In this document: positions 1-8,781 of the stretch, piece by piece | How positions within the stretch are numbered: the stretch's first letter is position 1 | Layout of the letters: every line of letters begins with the position of its first letter | Assembly (NCBI GenBank): GCA_963803435.1 | Contig: CAWDML010000001.1 | Coordinates: 800,001 to 864,000 of the forward strand | From: an uncultured delta proteobacterium | GTDB lineage: Bacteria > Myxococcota > Kuafuiibacteriia > Kuafuiibacteriales > Kuafuiibacteriaceae | Length of the DNA: 64,000 bases | Reading direction: 5' to 3' | Program-made: the position numbers and the translations under genes | Notes under the pieces: model-generated | Database searches by the model: none | What the model was told of the DNA's origin: nothing | The model's input: only the letters and a program-made list of their open reading frames with translations

Positions 1-280
1 GCCGCGCGATCAACCGCCGGTACCACGGCAAGCTGGAGACCATGCTCGAGCGTCGCAATGACGGACACCCCATCCTGCGAGCCTTCTACAAGACCTCCTA
101 CGTGAAGCAGTACGAGAAGGGCGACCGTCTGCTGAGGACCGAGACCTGTCTCAACGACACCTATCACCTCGACATCGGCCGCAAGATCGAGAACCTCCCG
201 GAGGTGAAGGACCGGCTCAGCGTCACTACGGACCGCTATCTCACTCAGCAGTCGGAGATGCTCGACTCGACGGTGGATAC
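1..280 (+). pseudogene. Fragment of a putative transposase/replication-initiator-like protein, cut at 280 by an intron fragment
   Basis: YVKQYEK...LLRTETCLND resembles the YxK/LRxE motifs of Rep_trans-like mobile element proteins. The ORF runs off the window start and into intron sequence at 281. Confidence 0.5.
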
Positions 281-392
281 TTTCGTGGCTCAATACCGAG
301 CCCGCACGCACCCCTGTCAACGCTTCGGCCGCGCCCTTGCGGGCACGCACGCATGACTCGGGGGCCAGGGTGGATCGCTACTCCTTTCCTGC
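281..392 (-). mobile_element. Group II intron domain I fragment (copy 1)
   Basis: The reverse complement is nearly identical to about 49409-49520 (gcaggaaaggagtagcgatccaccctggcccc...gagccacgaaa). Confidence 0.85.
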
Positions 393-408
393 GCTGAGGT
401 GATGCGGG

Positions 409-432
409 CTGTCGACAGTCGTGAGTCGAGAG
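409..432 (+). repeat. Heptamer array NNGTCGA ending in TCGAGAG (intron target motif)
   Basis: ctgtcga cagtcgt gagtcga gag; the same motif precedes intron copies 2 and 3. Confidence 0.6.
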
Positions 433-514
433 GTACCGGCCTTCTGTGCACGAAATCGCCGCTTTGCGTGGGCTACGAGGCTAGGAGCGTGTAGCGCGTA
501 AGCGCTCACGCGAC

Positions 515-550
515 CCCGGTCCGGGTCCCGGTCCCGGTCCGGGTCCCGAT
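515..550 (+). repeat. Hexamer tandem repeat (cccggt/ccgggt), left arm
   Basis: Seen directly in the sequence. Confidence 0.9.
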
Positions 551-570
551 CTGAAGATGGCTGCCTTGAG

Positions 571-1120
571 TCAGACGCTCGCGACGGTCGCGAGCTTCGA
601 TCGGTAGAGCTTGAGCAGGTTGTGGGTGAGGCAGACGAGCGTCCCCTCGGCTCGTACCTTGAAGAAGGAGCGGAGCGAGAACCGGCGGAATCCTCGTGCC
701 CCTTTGATCTGTCCGAGCGCCGGTTCGACGATACTCTTCCTGCGGGCGTAGACCGCCTTGCCGTCGCGCGTTTGCCACTTGTCTCGCATTCGCTTGCGAG
801 CGAGCGAGGCAGGTGTGGGCTCCGAAGCTGATGAGGACGGAGTCGACGCGTCTTGGTTCTGTTCGCGTCCAACAGCGATGTGGGCATCGATCTGATTGTT
901 GTCGCAGAATTCGATGTTGGTCGCGCTCAGATAGCCGTTGTCTGCCGTCATCTTCCGCGGAGCATCGATTCTCGAGAGACAGCCGCTTCTCCTCCTCGGC
1001 CATCCGCTCGTAGGTCATCGCCTTGTGCTTGCTCGCGTTCGCCTGCACCTTCGAGCCATCGAGTGCGACGTGTCCGAGCCGCACCAAACCTGCTTTTTGG
1101 CAAAGCTTCAGGACTTCAAG
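571..1120 (-). pseudogene. IS1182-family DDE transposase remnant with internal deletion
   Basis: GLVRLGHVALDGSKVQANASKHKAM is joined to TADNGY...YARRKSIVEPALGQIK..RGFRRFSLR..HNLLKL. The N-terminus and the middle of the protein are missing. Confidence 0.85.
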
Positions 1121-1224
1121 TCCAGGCGTCGAAGTCGATCCGCCCAACGATCGATTCCAGACGAAACGACCTCCAAGAACTTCGCTGGTCAAAGTGGACG
1201 AGCTACCGCAAGCTAGCTTGCACG

Positions 1225-1588
1225 GTCACTTTCGATCACGAGAAGCTCGAGGTCTACCAGCTCGCCGTCGAGTATGCCGACATCGCTGAAGAGATCGCAC
1301 AAGAACTGCAACCCGGTCACGCTCACGTCCGCGATCAGCTTCGGCGGGCATCCGATTCCATCGTGAACAACACCACCGAGGGCACCGGAGAGTTCAATCC
1401 ACCTGAGAAGGCTCGCTTCTACCGGATGGCACTTCGCTCGGCACCGAAAGCGCCGCCTCACTCCACACCTGCTTGAGGCGCCGACTCGCCAACGAGCAGA
1501 AGTCCAAGCCGCCAGAGCCAAGCTCAAGCGCGTTGTCGAGAGGCTCACGCGCCTCATCAAGTCGATGAACGCACGCCGGGATGCATGA
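1225..1588 (+). pseudogene. Four-helix-bundle protein (23S rRNA IVP/bAvd-like), frameshifted
   Basis: FDHEKLEVYQ...RDQLRRASDSIVNNTTEG...EKARFYRMALRSA. Frameshifts near 1442 and 1500; no clear start codon. Confidence 0.8.
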
Positions 1589-1593
1589 TCGCC

Positions 1594-1629
1594 ATCGGGA
1601 CCGGGACCGGGACCGGGACCCGGACCGGG
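1594..1629 (+). repeat. Hexamer tandem repeat (cgggac), right arm
   Basis: Seen directly; it is the inverse of 515-550. Confidence 0.9.
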
Positions 1630-1658
1630 CTCGCGGTAGCGCTACGCGCTACACGCTC

Positions 1659-2030
1659 CTAGCGTGCCTTCTGACCGAACGGCCACAGCGCGAGCAACGC
1701 CAGCTTCACGTGCTGGATCGCGAAGGGGATGCCGACGATCGTCACCGCCAGCCCGATCGCCAGCGTGACGTGGCTGAGAAAGATCCAGACGCCGGCGATC
1801 AGGAGCCAGAGCACGTTGCCGATGGTCCCCAGCACGGGGACGCTCTTGTCGCGCTCGATGTCCTTGCCAAAGGGGAACAGGCCGAGCGAGGCGATCTTGA
1901 AGCACTGAAGGCCGAACGGGATGCCGACCACCGTCAGGCAGAGGACCAGGCCCGCAAGAATGTACTCGAGCCAGATGACGAAGCCTCCGCCGAACACGAT
2001 CCAGAGGACGTTGAGGATCAACCGCAGCAT
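1659..2030 (-). CDS. yccF: YccF domain inner membrane protein
   Basis: Duplicated NVLW..GG...TxVGIPF...LxPFG motifs. Confidence 0.9.
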   Translation of the reverse strand: MLRLILNVLWIVFGGGFVIWLEYILAGLVLCLTVVGIPFGLQCFKIASLGLFPFGKDIERDKSVPVLGTIGNVLWLLIAGVWIFLSHVTLAIGLAVTIVGIPFAIQHVKLALLALWPFGQKAR

Positions 2031-2190
2031 GCCCCCGGAATAGACACGCGGGCGGCCCCCGTCCACGCAAGGATGAGACTGCACGAACGCAGCAGGGTGA
2101 CTGCGGCCACCGCCTGGTCTCACGGATGAAGTTTCTTCGGACTCCACCGACATTTCGTGCATAGTTCGGGGTTGGGGCCGTCGATCCCGG

Positions 2191-4041
2191 ATGTTGGTCT
2201 GTCCAAAGTGCGGTTCGACCTACACGCGCTCGCTGGAGTTCTGCGGGCTCGACGGCGAACGCCTCCTCGAATCGTCGATCGACCCGCTGATCGGACGGAC
2301 CATCGACCGCTACCGGGTCGTCGAGGCCGTCGGGACCGGCGGGATGGCGCGCGTCTATCGGGCCACGCACGTGTTCCTGGAGCAGGACTTCGCGGTCAAG
2401 GTCCTCCACGGGCAGATCGCCGCCGACAAGAGCTTCGCCAAGCGCTTCCACCGCGAGGCGATGACGCTGGGCAAGATCAAGCACCGCAATGTGGTGGCGG
2501 TCAGCGACTTCGGATCCACGAAGGAGGGGCTGCTCTTCCTGGTCATGGAGTACCTCGACGGCCCCTCGCTCAGCGAAGCGATCAAGCTCTCGGGACCGTT
2601 CTCCCCGGTCCGCTCTGCCGCGATCGCACGGCAGCTCGCGCTCGGTCTCGGCGCCGCCCACTCGCGCGGATTCGTCCACCGTGACCTGAAGCCCGGCAAC
2701 GTGATCCTCATGCTCGAGGATGCGTTCGAGGTACCCAAGATCCTCGACTTCGGTCTGGTGCGTCTGCTCGAGCCCGACGAGGCGCGCGCGCCCACGCACC
2801 TCACCGCGCACGGACAGATGTTCGGAACTCCGGCGTACATGTCTCCGGAGCAGATCAGCGGAGAGAACGTCGACTCACGCGCCGACCTCTACTCGCTGGG
2901 CGTGATCCTCTATCAGATGATCGTGGGCGCCACGCCGTTCGTCGGCGAGGTCCAGGATCTGGTCCGCCAGCACGTCACCACGCCGGCGCCCCGCCCGGCG
3001 CTCGAGTACGGCGGCCTCACGCCCCTGGCGATGCAGCTGCTGGAGAAGATGCCGGCGAACCGGCTGCAGTCCGCCACCGAGGTCGTCGAGGAGATCGATC
3101 GCCTGGGACTGACCGGCGGCATCGCGCCGCCGCTCCCGCGGCTGCCCTCGCCGCGCCCTTACATCTCCCACGAGCTGCACACGCGAAGCGAGCGCACGCC
3201 GCACGACGAATCGGAGCTGTCGCTCGAGATCGAGCGCACCGCCCGGGCGGCCCTGGGCTTTCGCGCCTACGGGCGCTGGGTGCTGGGCCTCGGCCTCCTC
3301 GCGATCATCGCCTTCGCGCTCTGGGTCGCCGACCAGCAGCACCTGATCGAGCTGCCGCGGCTCTCCTCGGAGGCGGTGGCCGACCCGCCCGATCCCGCGA
3401 TCGCGCCGCCGCCGCCTGCGATCCCTCCGCCGCCGGCCCCCTCCGCGGGGGCCCCGAGGAAGGGGAGGAGCAAGCGCGCGAAGCCGCCCCCGACCGCTCC
3501 CGTGGTGGAGGTCCGCGCGCCCGACCCAACGCCTGCGCCGGAGCCCGCCCCCGAGCCCGCCCCCGAGCCCGCCCGCGACCCGGAGGACGCCCGCCCGCCC
3601 GCATCGTTCGCGGACCTCGACGCCGCCCTGGGCTGGGCGCTGTCCAGCCGCGGCCTCGGGTGGCAGGACGCGGCGGAGGCCGAGCCCGAGGCCGCGGGGA
3701 AGTGGGCCAGGTGGTACAAGCTCCACGCTCCCCCGCCCGCCGGCGAGCTCACCCAGACCTACGACACGCTGATCGCCGCGGCCCGCGGCCTGGTGATCGA
3801 CCGCGACCTCCTGGCCAGCAAGCTGGCCCGCGCCCAGATCGACCTCGCGAGCGTCCCCGGCGACCGCCGGGACGCCCGGTATGACGTGCTGCTCCAGCGC
3901 GCCCAGGAGCTCACGAACGCGGTCCGGGCCCAGCCGCTCGGCGAGCCGGCAGAGCGCCTCGCCGCCCAGATCACGCTGCTCGAGCGCGACGCCGACACGG
4001 CGGTGAGAGAAGCCTCCCGGACCGCCACCAGCACGGAGTAG
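2191..4041 (+). CDS. Ser/Thr protein kinase with N-terminal zinc ribbon, TM helix and Pro-rich linker
   Basis: CPKC..C, GTGGMARVY, HRDLKPGN, DFG, GTPAYMSPEQ. Confidence 0.92.
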   Translation: MLVCPKCGSTYTRSLEFCGLDGERLLESSIDPLIGRTIDRYRVVEAVGTGGMARVYRATHVFLEQDFAVKVLHGQIAADKSFAKRFHREAMTLGKIKHRNVVAVSDFGSTKEGLLFLVMEYLDGPSLSEAIKLSGPFSPVRSAAIARQLALGLGAAHSRGFVHRDLKPGNVILMLEDAFEVPKILDFGLVRLLEPDEARAPTHLTAHGQMFGTPAYMSPEQISGENVDSRADLYSLGVILYQMIVGATPFVGEVQDLVRQHVTTPAPRPALEYGGLTPLAMQLLEKMPANRLQSATEVVEEIDRLGLTGGIAPPLPRLPSPRPYISHELHTRSERTPHDESELSLEIERTARAALGFRAYGRWVLGLGLLAIIAFALWVADQQHLIELPRLSSEAVADPPDPAIAPPPPAIPPPPAPSAGAPRKGRSKRAKPPPTAPVVEVRAPDPTPAPEPAPEPAPEPARDPEDARPPASFADLDAALGWALSSRGLGWQDAAEAEPEAAGKWARWYKLHAPPPAGELTQTYDTLIAAARGLVIDRDLLASKLARAQIDLASVPGDRRDARYDVLLQRAQELTNAVRAQPLGEPAERLAAQITLLERDADTAVREASRTATSTE

Positions 4042-4045
4042 CGGT

Positions 4046-4795
4046 CTATCCCGCCCGTAGCGCGCGCAGCAGCAGCGCCACCGCCGCCAGCCCGGATACG
4101 GCCAGGACGCTCCGCCGCAGGAGCACGCCCTCGACCTTGCCCAAGAAGCGACCGCTCATCGCCACCCCTGCAAACAACGCCGGGAGCATGGCCACCGCCA
4201 GCAGGAGCTCGACCCGCAAGATCCGGTGGGCCAGGACGCGCCCGATGATCGAGATGACCAGACCGATCGCGAAGATCGCCGCCAGGTTGGCTCGGATGGT
4301 CTCGCCCCTCTCGTTCCGGTACAGCAGCGCCAACGGCGGCCCCCCGATGGAGGAGACCATCCCGCCGGCGCCCGAGGCGATGCCCGAGGCCACCTCCGTC
4401 ACCGGGTTCCGGCCGACCTGGATCCGCGTCGAGAACACCAGGACGGCCACCAGGACCGAGCCCCCGATGATCACGTCGAGGATCCGTCCGGTCGCGACGG
4501 ATAGGAGCCAGACACCCACGAGCGCGCCCGGAATGCGCCCGACGAGCACCCAGGTCAAATCCTTCCACACGATCGCGTGCCGCTCGCGGACCGCCATGCT
4601 GAGCGTCAGGGGCAGGGAGAGGAGGAGCTGCGGGACGGGGGCGAATCGAGGGTCAATCAGCGAAAGCAGCGGAACGGAGAGCACCGCGAAGCCCAGACCG
4701 ATGACCCCCTGAACCGCCGCCGCGACGAAGGTGACCACGAGTCCCGCCACCAGGTACTCGGGCGGGATCGAGAAGAGCGCGTCCACCGGAACCAT
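4046..4795 (-). CDS. Sulfite exporter TauE/SafE family membrane protein
   Basis: AAVQGVIGLGFAVL, GGPPLALLY, multiple TM helices. Start is uncertain. Confidence 0.85.
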   Translation of the reverse strand: MVPVDALFSIPPEYLVAGLVVTFVAAAVQGVIGLGFAVLSVPLLSLIDPRFAPVPQLLLSLPLTLSMAVRERHAIVWKDLTWVLVGRIPGALVGVWLLSVATGRILDVIIGGSVLVAVLVFSTRIQVGRNPVTEVASGIASGAGGMVSSIGGPPLALLYRNERGETIRANLAAIFAIGLVISIIGRVLAHRILRVELLLAVAMLPALFAGVAMSGRFLGKVEGVLLRRSVLAVSGLAAVALLLRALRAG

Positions 4796-4883
4796 CTGGA
4801 CAGGGTGCACCCCGACGCGCAAGCGCTCATCGCGGCGGCCCTTTCGCTGCTGCGACTCCAGTCGATTCGTGTACGATGCCGCG

Positions 4884-6203
4884 GTGCTCAGAGTCCGGCA
4901 GCGGCTCGGGAAGTACAGGATCGAGAAGAAGATCGGCGAGGGCGGCTACGCGGTCGTCTATCGCGCCTACGACACCATCGAGGGCATTCCGGTCGCGCTC
5001 AAGGTTCCGAACGCAGGGCTGCTCGACACCGAGATTCTCAAGGACGTGAAGCGCGAGGTGCGCATCAGCGCCACGCTCGATCATCCGAACATCCTCCCCA
5101 TCAAGAACGCCAGCTTCATCGACAAGCGGTTCGTCATCGTCTATCCGCTCGGCGAGCGCACGCTCGGCGAACGACTCCGCGCCCGCGTCTCGACGCGCAC
5201 CGCGCTCGAGTTCGCCGAGCAGATGCTGGAAGCGCTCTCACACGCGCACAAGAACCGCGTCATCCACTGCGACATCAAGCCGGAGAATTTCATTCTATTC
5301 AATGGAAGGCGCCTGCGACTCACTGACTTCGGCATCGCGAAGATCGCGCAGACGCGCTGGACGCTCTACGCCTCGGGTACCGGAACGCTCGGGTACGTCG
5401 CACCCGAGCAGGCGTTCGGAAAGCCGACGCTGCGCTCGGACGTCTTCTCGCTGGGCGTCGTGCTCTATCGAATGTTCGCGGGTCACCTTCCCGAGTGGCC
5501 GTACGAGTGGCCGCCGCCCGGCTACGACCGGTTGAAGAGCACGCTCCCTGCCACGTTCATCCAGTTCCTCAAGAAGGCCCTCGAGATCGACGAGCGCAAG
5601 CGCTTCCGCGACGGCTCGCAGATGCTGGCGGCCTTCCGCCGGCTGAAGCCGCGCGCGCTGCGAAAGGTCACGACGCGCACGAAGAAGCGGACCACCAAGA
5701 CGAACGGGACCAACTGGCGGACCATCCGGATGCGTCAGTTCAAGCGGCAGTACGGGGCGGCCATCGGCACGCACCACACTTGCCGCAGCTGCACAGGACC
5801 CGTCAGCGAAGCGATGCAGTGGTGTCCATGGTGCGGTGTTCGGCGGCGCGTGTACGAGGGGCCGACCCGCTTTCCCCACCGGTGTAAGCGCTGCGGCCGG
5901 GGTCAAAAGCTCGACTGGAAGTACTGCGCCTGGTGCTATGGACCGAGCATGGGTCCGGAGAGCACACGCGAGTACGCGGACGTCCGCTACGCCGCGCGCT
6001 GTCAAAACCCGGGCTGCACCCGGAAGGACCTGATGCCCTTCATGCGCTACTGCCCGTGGTGCCGCACCAAGGTCCGCCGTCCTCCCCGGATCCCGGGCTC
6101 TCGCGACAAGTGCCACACCTGCAACTGGGGCGTGGTGCGCGAGTTCTGGGATCACTGCCCGTGGTGCGGCACCACGACGAGGTCGCGCTCGAGGTCGCGT
6201 TGA
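4884..6203 (+). CDS. Ser/Thr protein kinase with C-terminal tandem zinc ribbons
   Basis: GEGGYAVVY, HCDIKPEN, DFG, APE; eight Cys pairs (e.g. CPWC) in the C-terminus. Confidence 0.9.
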   Translation: MLRVRQRLGKYRIEKKIGEGGYAVVYRAYDTIEGIPVALKVPNAGLLDTEILKDVKREVRISATLDHPNILPIKNASFIDKRFVIVYPLGERTLGERLRARVSTRTALEFAEQMLEALSHAHKNRVIHCDIKPENFILFNGRRLRLTDFGIAKIAQTRWTLYASGTGTLGYVAPEQAFGKPTLRSDVFSLGVVLYRMFAGHLPEWPYEWPPPGYDRLKSTLPATFIQFLKKALEIDERKRFRDGSQMLAAFRRLKPRALRKVTTRTKKRTTKTNGTNWRTIRMRQFKRQYGAAIGTHHTCRSCTGPVSEAMQWCPWCGVRRRVYEGPTRFPHRCKRCGRGQKLDWKYCAWCYGPSMGPESTREYADVRYAARCQNPGCTRKDLMPFMRYCPWCRTKVRRPPRIPGSRDKCHTCNWGVVREFWDHCPWCGTTTRSRSRSR

Positions 6204-7018
6204 TGCGCAACGAGGAGGCCAGCGGCATCTTCGTGGAGCAGGCGATGACCGAGGGCATCGTCTCCGAGATGGCCGGCGGATCGATCGTTCTGTTCTCGAC
6301 GCCCGCGCCGGAGGCCGAGAAGCCGAACCAGGACGCAGCCGTGCTGCTCCCCATCGGGGACGACGCCGCGGTGCTGGCCGTAGCCGACGGCGCCGGCGGT
6401 CTTCCGGCCGGGGCGCGCGCCTCCTCGCTGGCAGTGGTGATGCTGGAGAAGGCGGTCCGCGCGGATCCCGAGGAGACGCTCCGCACCCGGATCCTGGACG
6501 GCATCGATCGCGCCAACGTCGCGATCCTCGATCTCGGACTGGGCGCCGCCACCACGCTGGCGGTGGTCGAGATCCAGGACAACGTTCTCAGGCCCTATCA
6601 CATCGGCGACTCCACCATCCTCGTCGTCGGCCAGCGCGGCAAGGTGAAGCTGATGACGATGAACCACTCGCCGGTCGGGTACCAGGTAGAGGCCGGCGTG
6701 CTCGAGCCCGAGGCCGCGCTCCACCACGAGGATCTGGCGCTGGTGTCGAACCTCGTCGGACAGGCGGACATGCGGATCGAGGTGGGCGCGCCGCTCGAGC
6801 TGGCGCCGTTCGACACGGTCGTGATCGGGAGCGACGGCCTCTTCGACAACCTGCACACCGAGGAGATCGTGGAGATCGTGCGCGCCGGTCCGCTCGCAGA
6901 AGCAGCGAGAGAGCTGGCCGAGCAGTGCACCAAGCGCATGCTGACGCCCGAGGAAGGTCAGCCGTCCAAGCCGGACGATCTCACCTTCGTGGTCTTTCGT
7001 CTGGCGCCGAAGAAGTGA
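6203..7018 (+). CDS. PP2C-family protein phosphatase
   Basis: NQD, VADGAGG, HIGDS, SDGL, DDLT; TGATG overlap with the kinase. Confidence 0.9.
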   Translation: MRNEEASGIFVEQAMTEGIVSEMAGGSIVLFSTPAPEAEKPNQDAAVLLPIGDDAAVLAVADGAGGLPAGARASSLAVVMLEKAVRADPEETLRTRILDGIDRANVAILDLGLGAATTLAVVEIQDNVLRPYHIGDSTILVVGQRGKVKLMTMNHSPVGYQVEAGVLEPEAALHHEDLALVSNLVGQADMRIEVGAPLELAPFDTVVIGSDGLFDNLHTEEIVEIVRAGPLAEAARELAEQCTKRMLTPEEGQPSKPDDLTFVVFRLAPKK

Positions 7019-7027
7019 GCTCGGCGG

Positions 7028-7909
7028 TCAGTTCCAGAGCACCGGGTTGGTGGTGGCGCCGTACCAGCGGCCGCTCAGGTTCTTGAGCGCCAGGACGGCC
7101 CCGGTCTGGGGATCGAGGGTGACGACCTGCCCGCGGCTGGTGAAGCCGTAGAGGACGCCGTTCGCATAGCCGAGCCCGAAGATGCTGGTCACAGAGGCGC
7201 CGCCGATCACCGTGGTCTGGCCGGTCGCGGGGTTGATCCGCACGACGCGGTCCGGATCGCCGTTCGCCTCGCCTTCGACCGTCCAGTAGAGCTTGCCGTC
7301 GGGGAGCCCAACCACGTCGCCCGAGGTGACGAACTGATCCGTCGAGGGCCAGGTCACGAGGCTCTGTCCCGTCTGGGGATCGATCACGGTGACGCGCTCG
7401 CCGGCGATCACGAGCCGGCCGTCGTCGAGGAACGTCATCCCATTGAGGCGATCGTCGAAGTCGAAGAGGAACGTGCAGAACGCAGTCTCCGGATTCACGA
7501 GGTAGATGTGGTTCTCGTAGACGCCGTTGGCGACGTGCTGGCTGACGCCGCCGTACATGGTGCCGTTGCGATCGATCGCGATGTCGACCATCAGATCGAT
7601 CGGGCCCGCGCTGGAGCGGAAGTCGCCGATGCGGACCGCCTGGTTGGCCTCCGGATCGTAGCTGTAGAGCGTGGTCCCGGTCTGGATGTAGACCGGCTCA
7701 TCCGCCGGCGGAACTCCGGCGTCGGTGAGCAGCACGCCTTGATCGGGGCGGCTCGCGTCGGCGAAGCCGGCGTCGGGCTCGGGATCGTCGGCGTCCGGAT
7801 GCACGCCCGAGTCGGGCGGCGTGTCATCGACGAACAGTGCGTCTTTCTCGCAGGCGAGGTTGGGGAGGAGAAGAAGGAAGGCGAGCGCCTGCCGGAACAC
7901 GGACGCCAT
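7028..7909 (-). CDS. Lipoprotein with beta-propeller-like repeats
   Basis: Lipobox-like LAC, PDAG linker, repeated strand motifs. Confidence 0.75.
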   Translation of the reverse strand: MASVFRQALAFLLLLPNLACEKDALFVDDTPPDSGVHPDADDPEPDAGFADASRPDQGVLLTDAGVPPADEPVYIQTGTTLYSYDPEANQAVRIGDFRSSAGPIDLMVDIAIDRNGTMYGGVSQHVANGVYENHIYLVNPETAFCTFLFDFDDRLNGMTFLDDGRLVIAGERVTVIDPQTGQSLVTWPSTDQFVTSGDVVGLPDGKLYWTVEGEANGDPDRVVRINPATGQTTVIGGASVTSIFGLGYANGVLYGFTSRGQVVTLDPQTGAVLALKNLSGRWYGATTNPVLWN

Positions 7910-8048
7910 CAAAGACCGGCGCGAAGAAGGCAACAAGCGACCGATGCCCGATGGCGGGCGACCACCGGTCTTGGCCCCCATGTAGACTCAATCATTACAT
8001 CAAAGCTGAAATTGTCTTCGTATCCCGCAGACCACACCATCCCCGAAC

Positions 8049-8531
8049 ATGACCGTGCCAAAGTTTTCCGAGAGCACGTTGGTGGGCGCCGTCAGGGCGA
8101 CGCAGGCCGCAGAGCGAGACGTATCGCTCGATCAGCTCTACGGCTTCTTCAGGCAGATCGACGACCTGATGACGTCAAAAGATTGGAATGCGCTCGGCGA
8201 GCTGGGGGTCACCGTGAAGCCGTACGAACATTCCGCCAGCGGGCTGAGCTTTGCCCAGGGACTCGAGCTGCGAATCCCGAACGCTCTGAGCCGCAGTGGT
8301 CTCTCAGACGCGGACCTCCGTTCGAGGACGTCGGAGCTCGGGACCGTGTTGTCGGAAAACCGTGATCCGCAGTTCGTCAGGGTCTTCGCGCAGCTGGAAG
8401 ACTCCCCCCACCATAAGGGGGAGGCGGGCGTCGAACCGGACCTGGTGATCCGGTTCCCCAACTACGAATGGGTCAATCAGGGAGGCGGAGAGCCGCTGCG
8501 GCTACCCGATCGCTACAAGGAGCTGACATGA
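8049..8531 (+). CDS. Hypothetical protein
   Basis: 160 aa ORF with protein-like composition after an AT-rich intergenic region. Confidence 0.6.
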   Translation: MTVPKFSESTLVGAVRATQAAERDVSLDQLYGFFRQIDDLMTSKDWNALGELGVTVKPYEHSASGLSFAQGLELRIPNALSRSGLSDADLRSRTSELGTVLSENRDPQFVRVFAQLEDSPHHKGEAGVEPDLVIRFPNYEWVNQGGGEPLRLPDRYKELT

Positions 8532-8761
8532 CCCTGTTCAGCGCGAGCGCGCTGGAGGCCTGCGCCGCCGCCCAGCGAGCGCGTTCGCTCGGCGGCATCA
8601 AGGGCACGGATCCGAACGCGCTCAAGCTCATCGGCGCCGACGTTCATCGTGGAATGGGATCGCCGGCGACACGGAGCGCGGCGGTGCAGTCGGTCCTGCA
8701 AGCGAGGAGCGGGACCCGGCCCTCCAAGCGCACGCGAGTGGGCGGGCCCTCGAAGGCGTAG
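8528..8761 (+). CDS. Small hypothetical protein
   Basis: ATGA overlap with the upstream ORF and a GGAG RBS. Confidence 0.4.
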   Translation: MTLFSASALEACAAAQRARSLGGIKGTDPNALKLIGADVHRGMGSPATRSAAVQSVLQARSGTRPSKRTRVGGPSKA

Positions 8762-8781
8762 CGCCCAAGGGCTGAGAACGA

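Larger units (their letters stand above)
481..1662. mobile_element. Non-autonomous IS1182-derived element with about 70 bp terminal inverted repeats and CTAG at both ends
   Basis: 481-550 CTAGGAGCGTGTAGCGCGTA...(cccggt)n-cccgat is the near reverse complement of 1594-1662. It encloses an IS1182 transposase remnant. Confidence 0.75.

Noticed and set aside
409-1629. Short tandem repeats as a CRISPR array
   Set aside because: The units are 6-7 bp with no unique spacers, and there are no cas genes.
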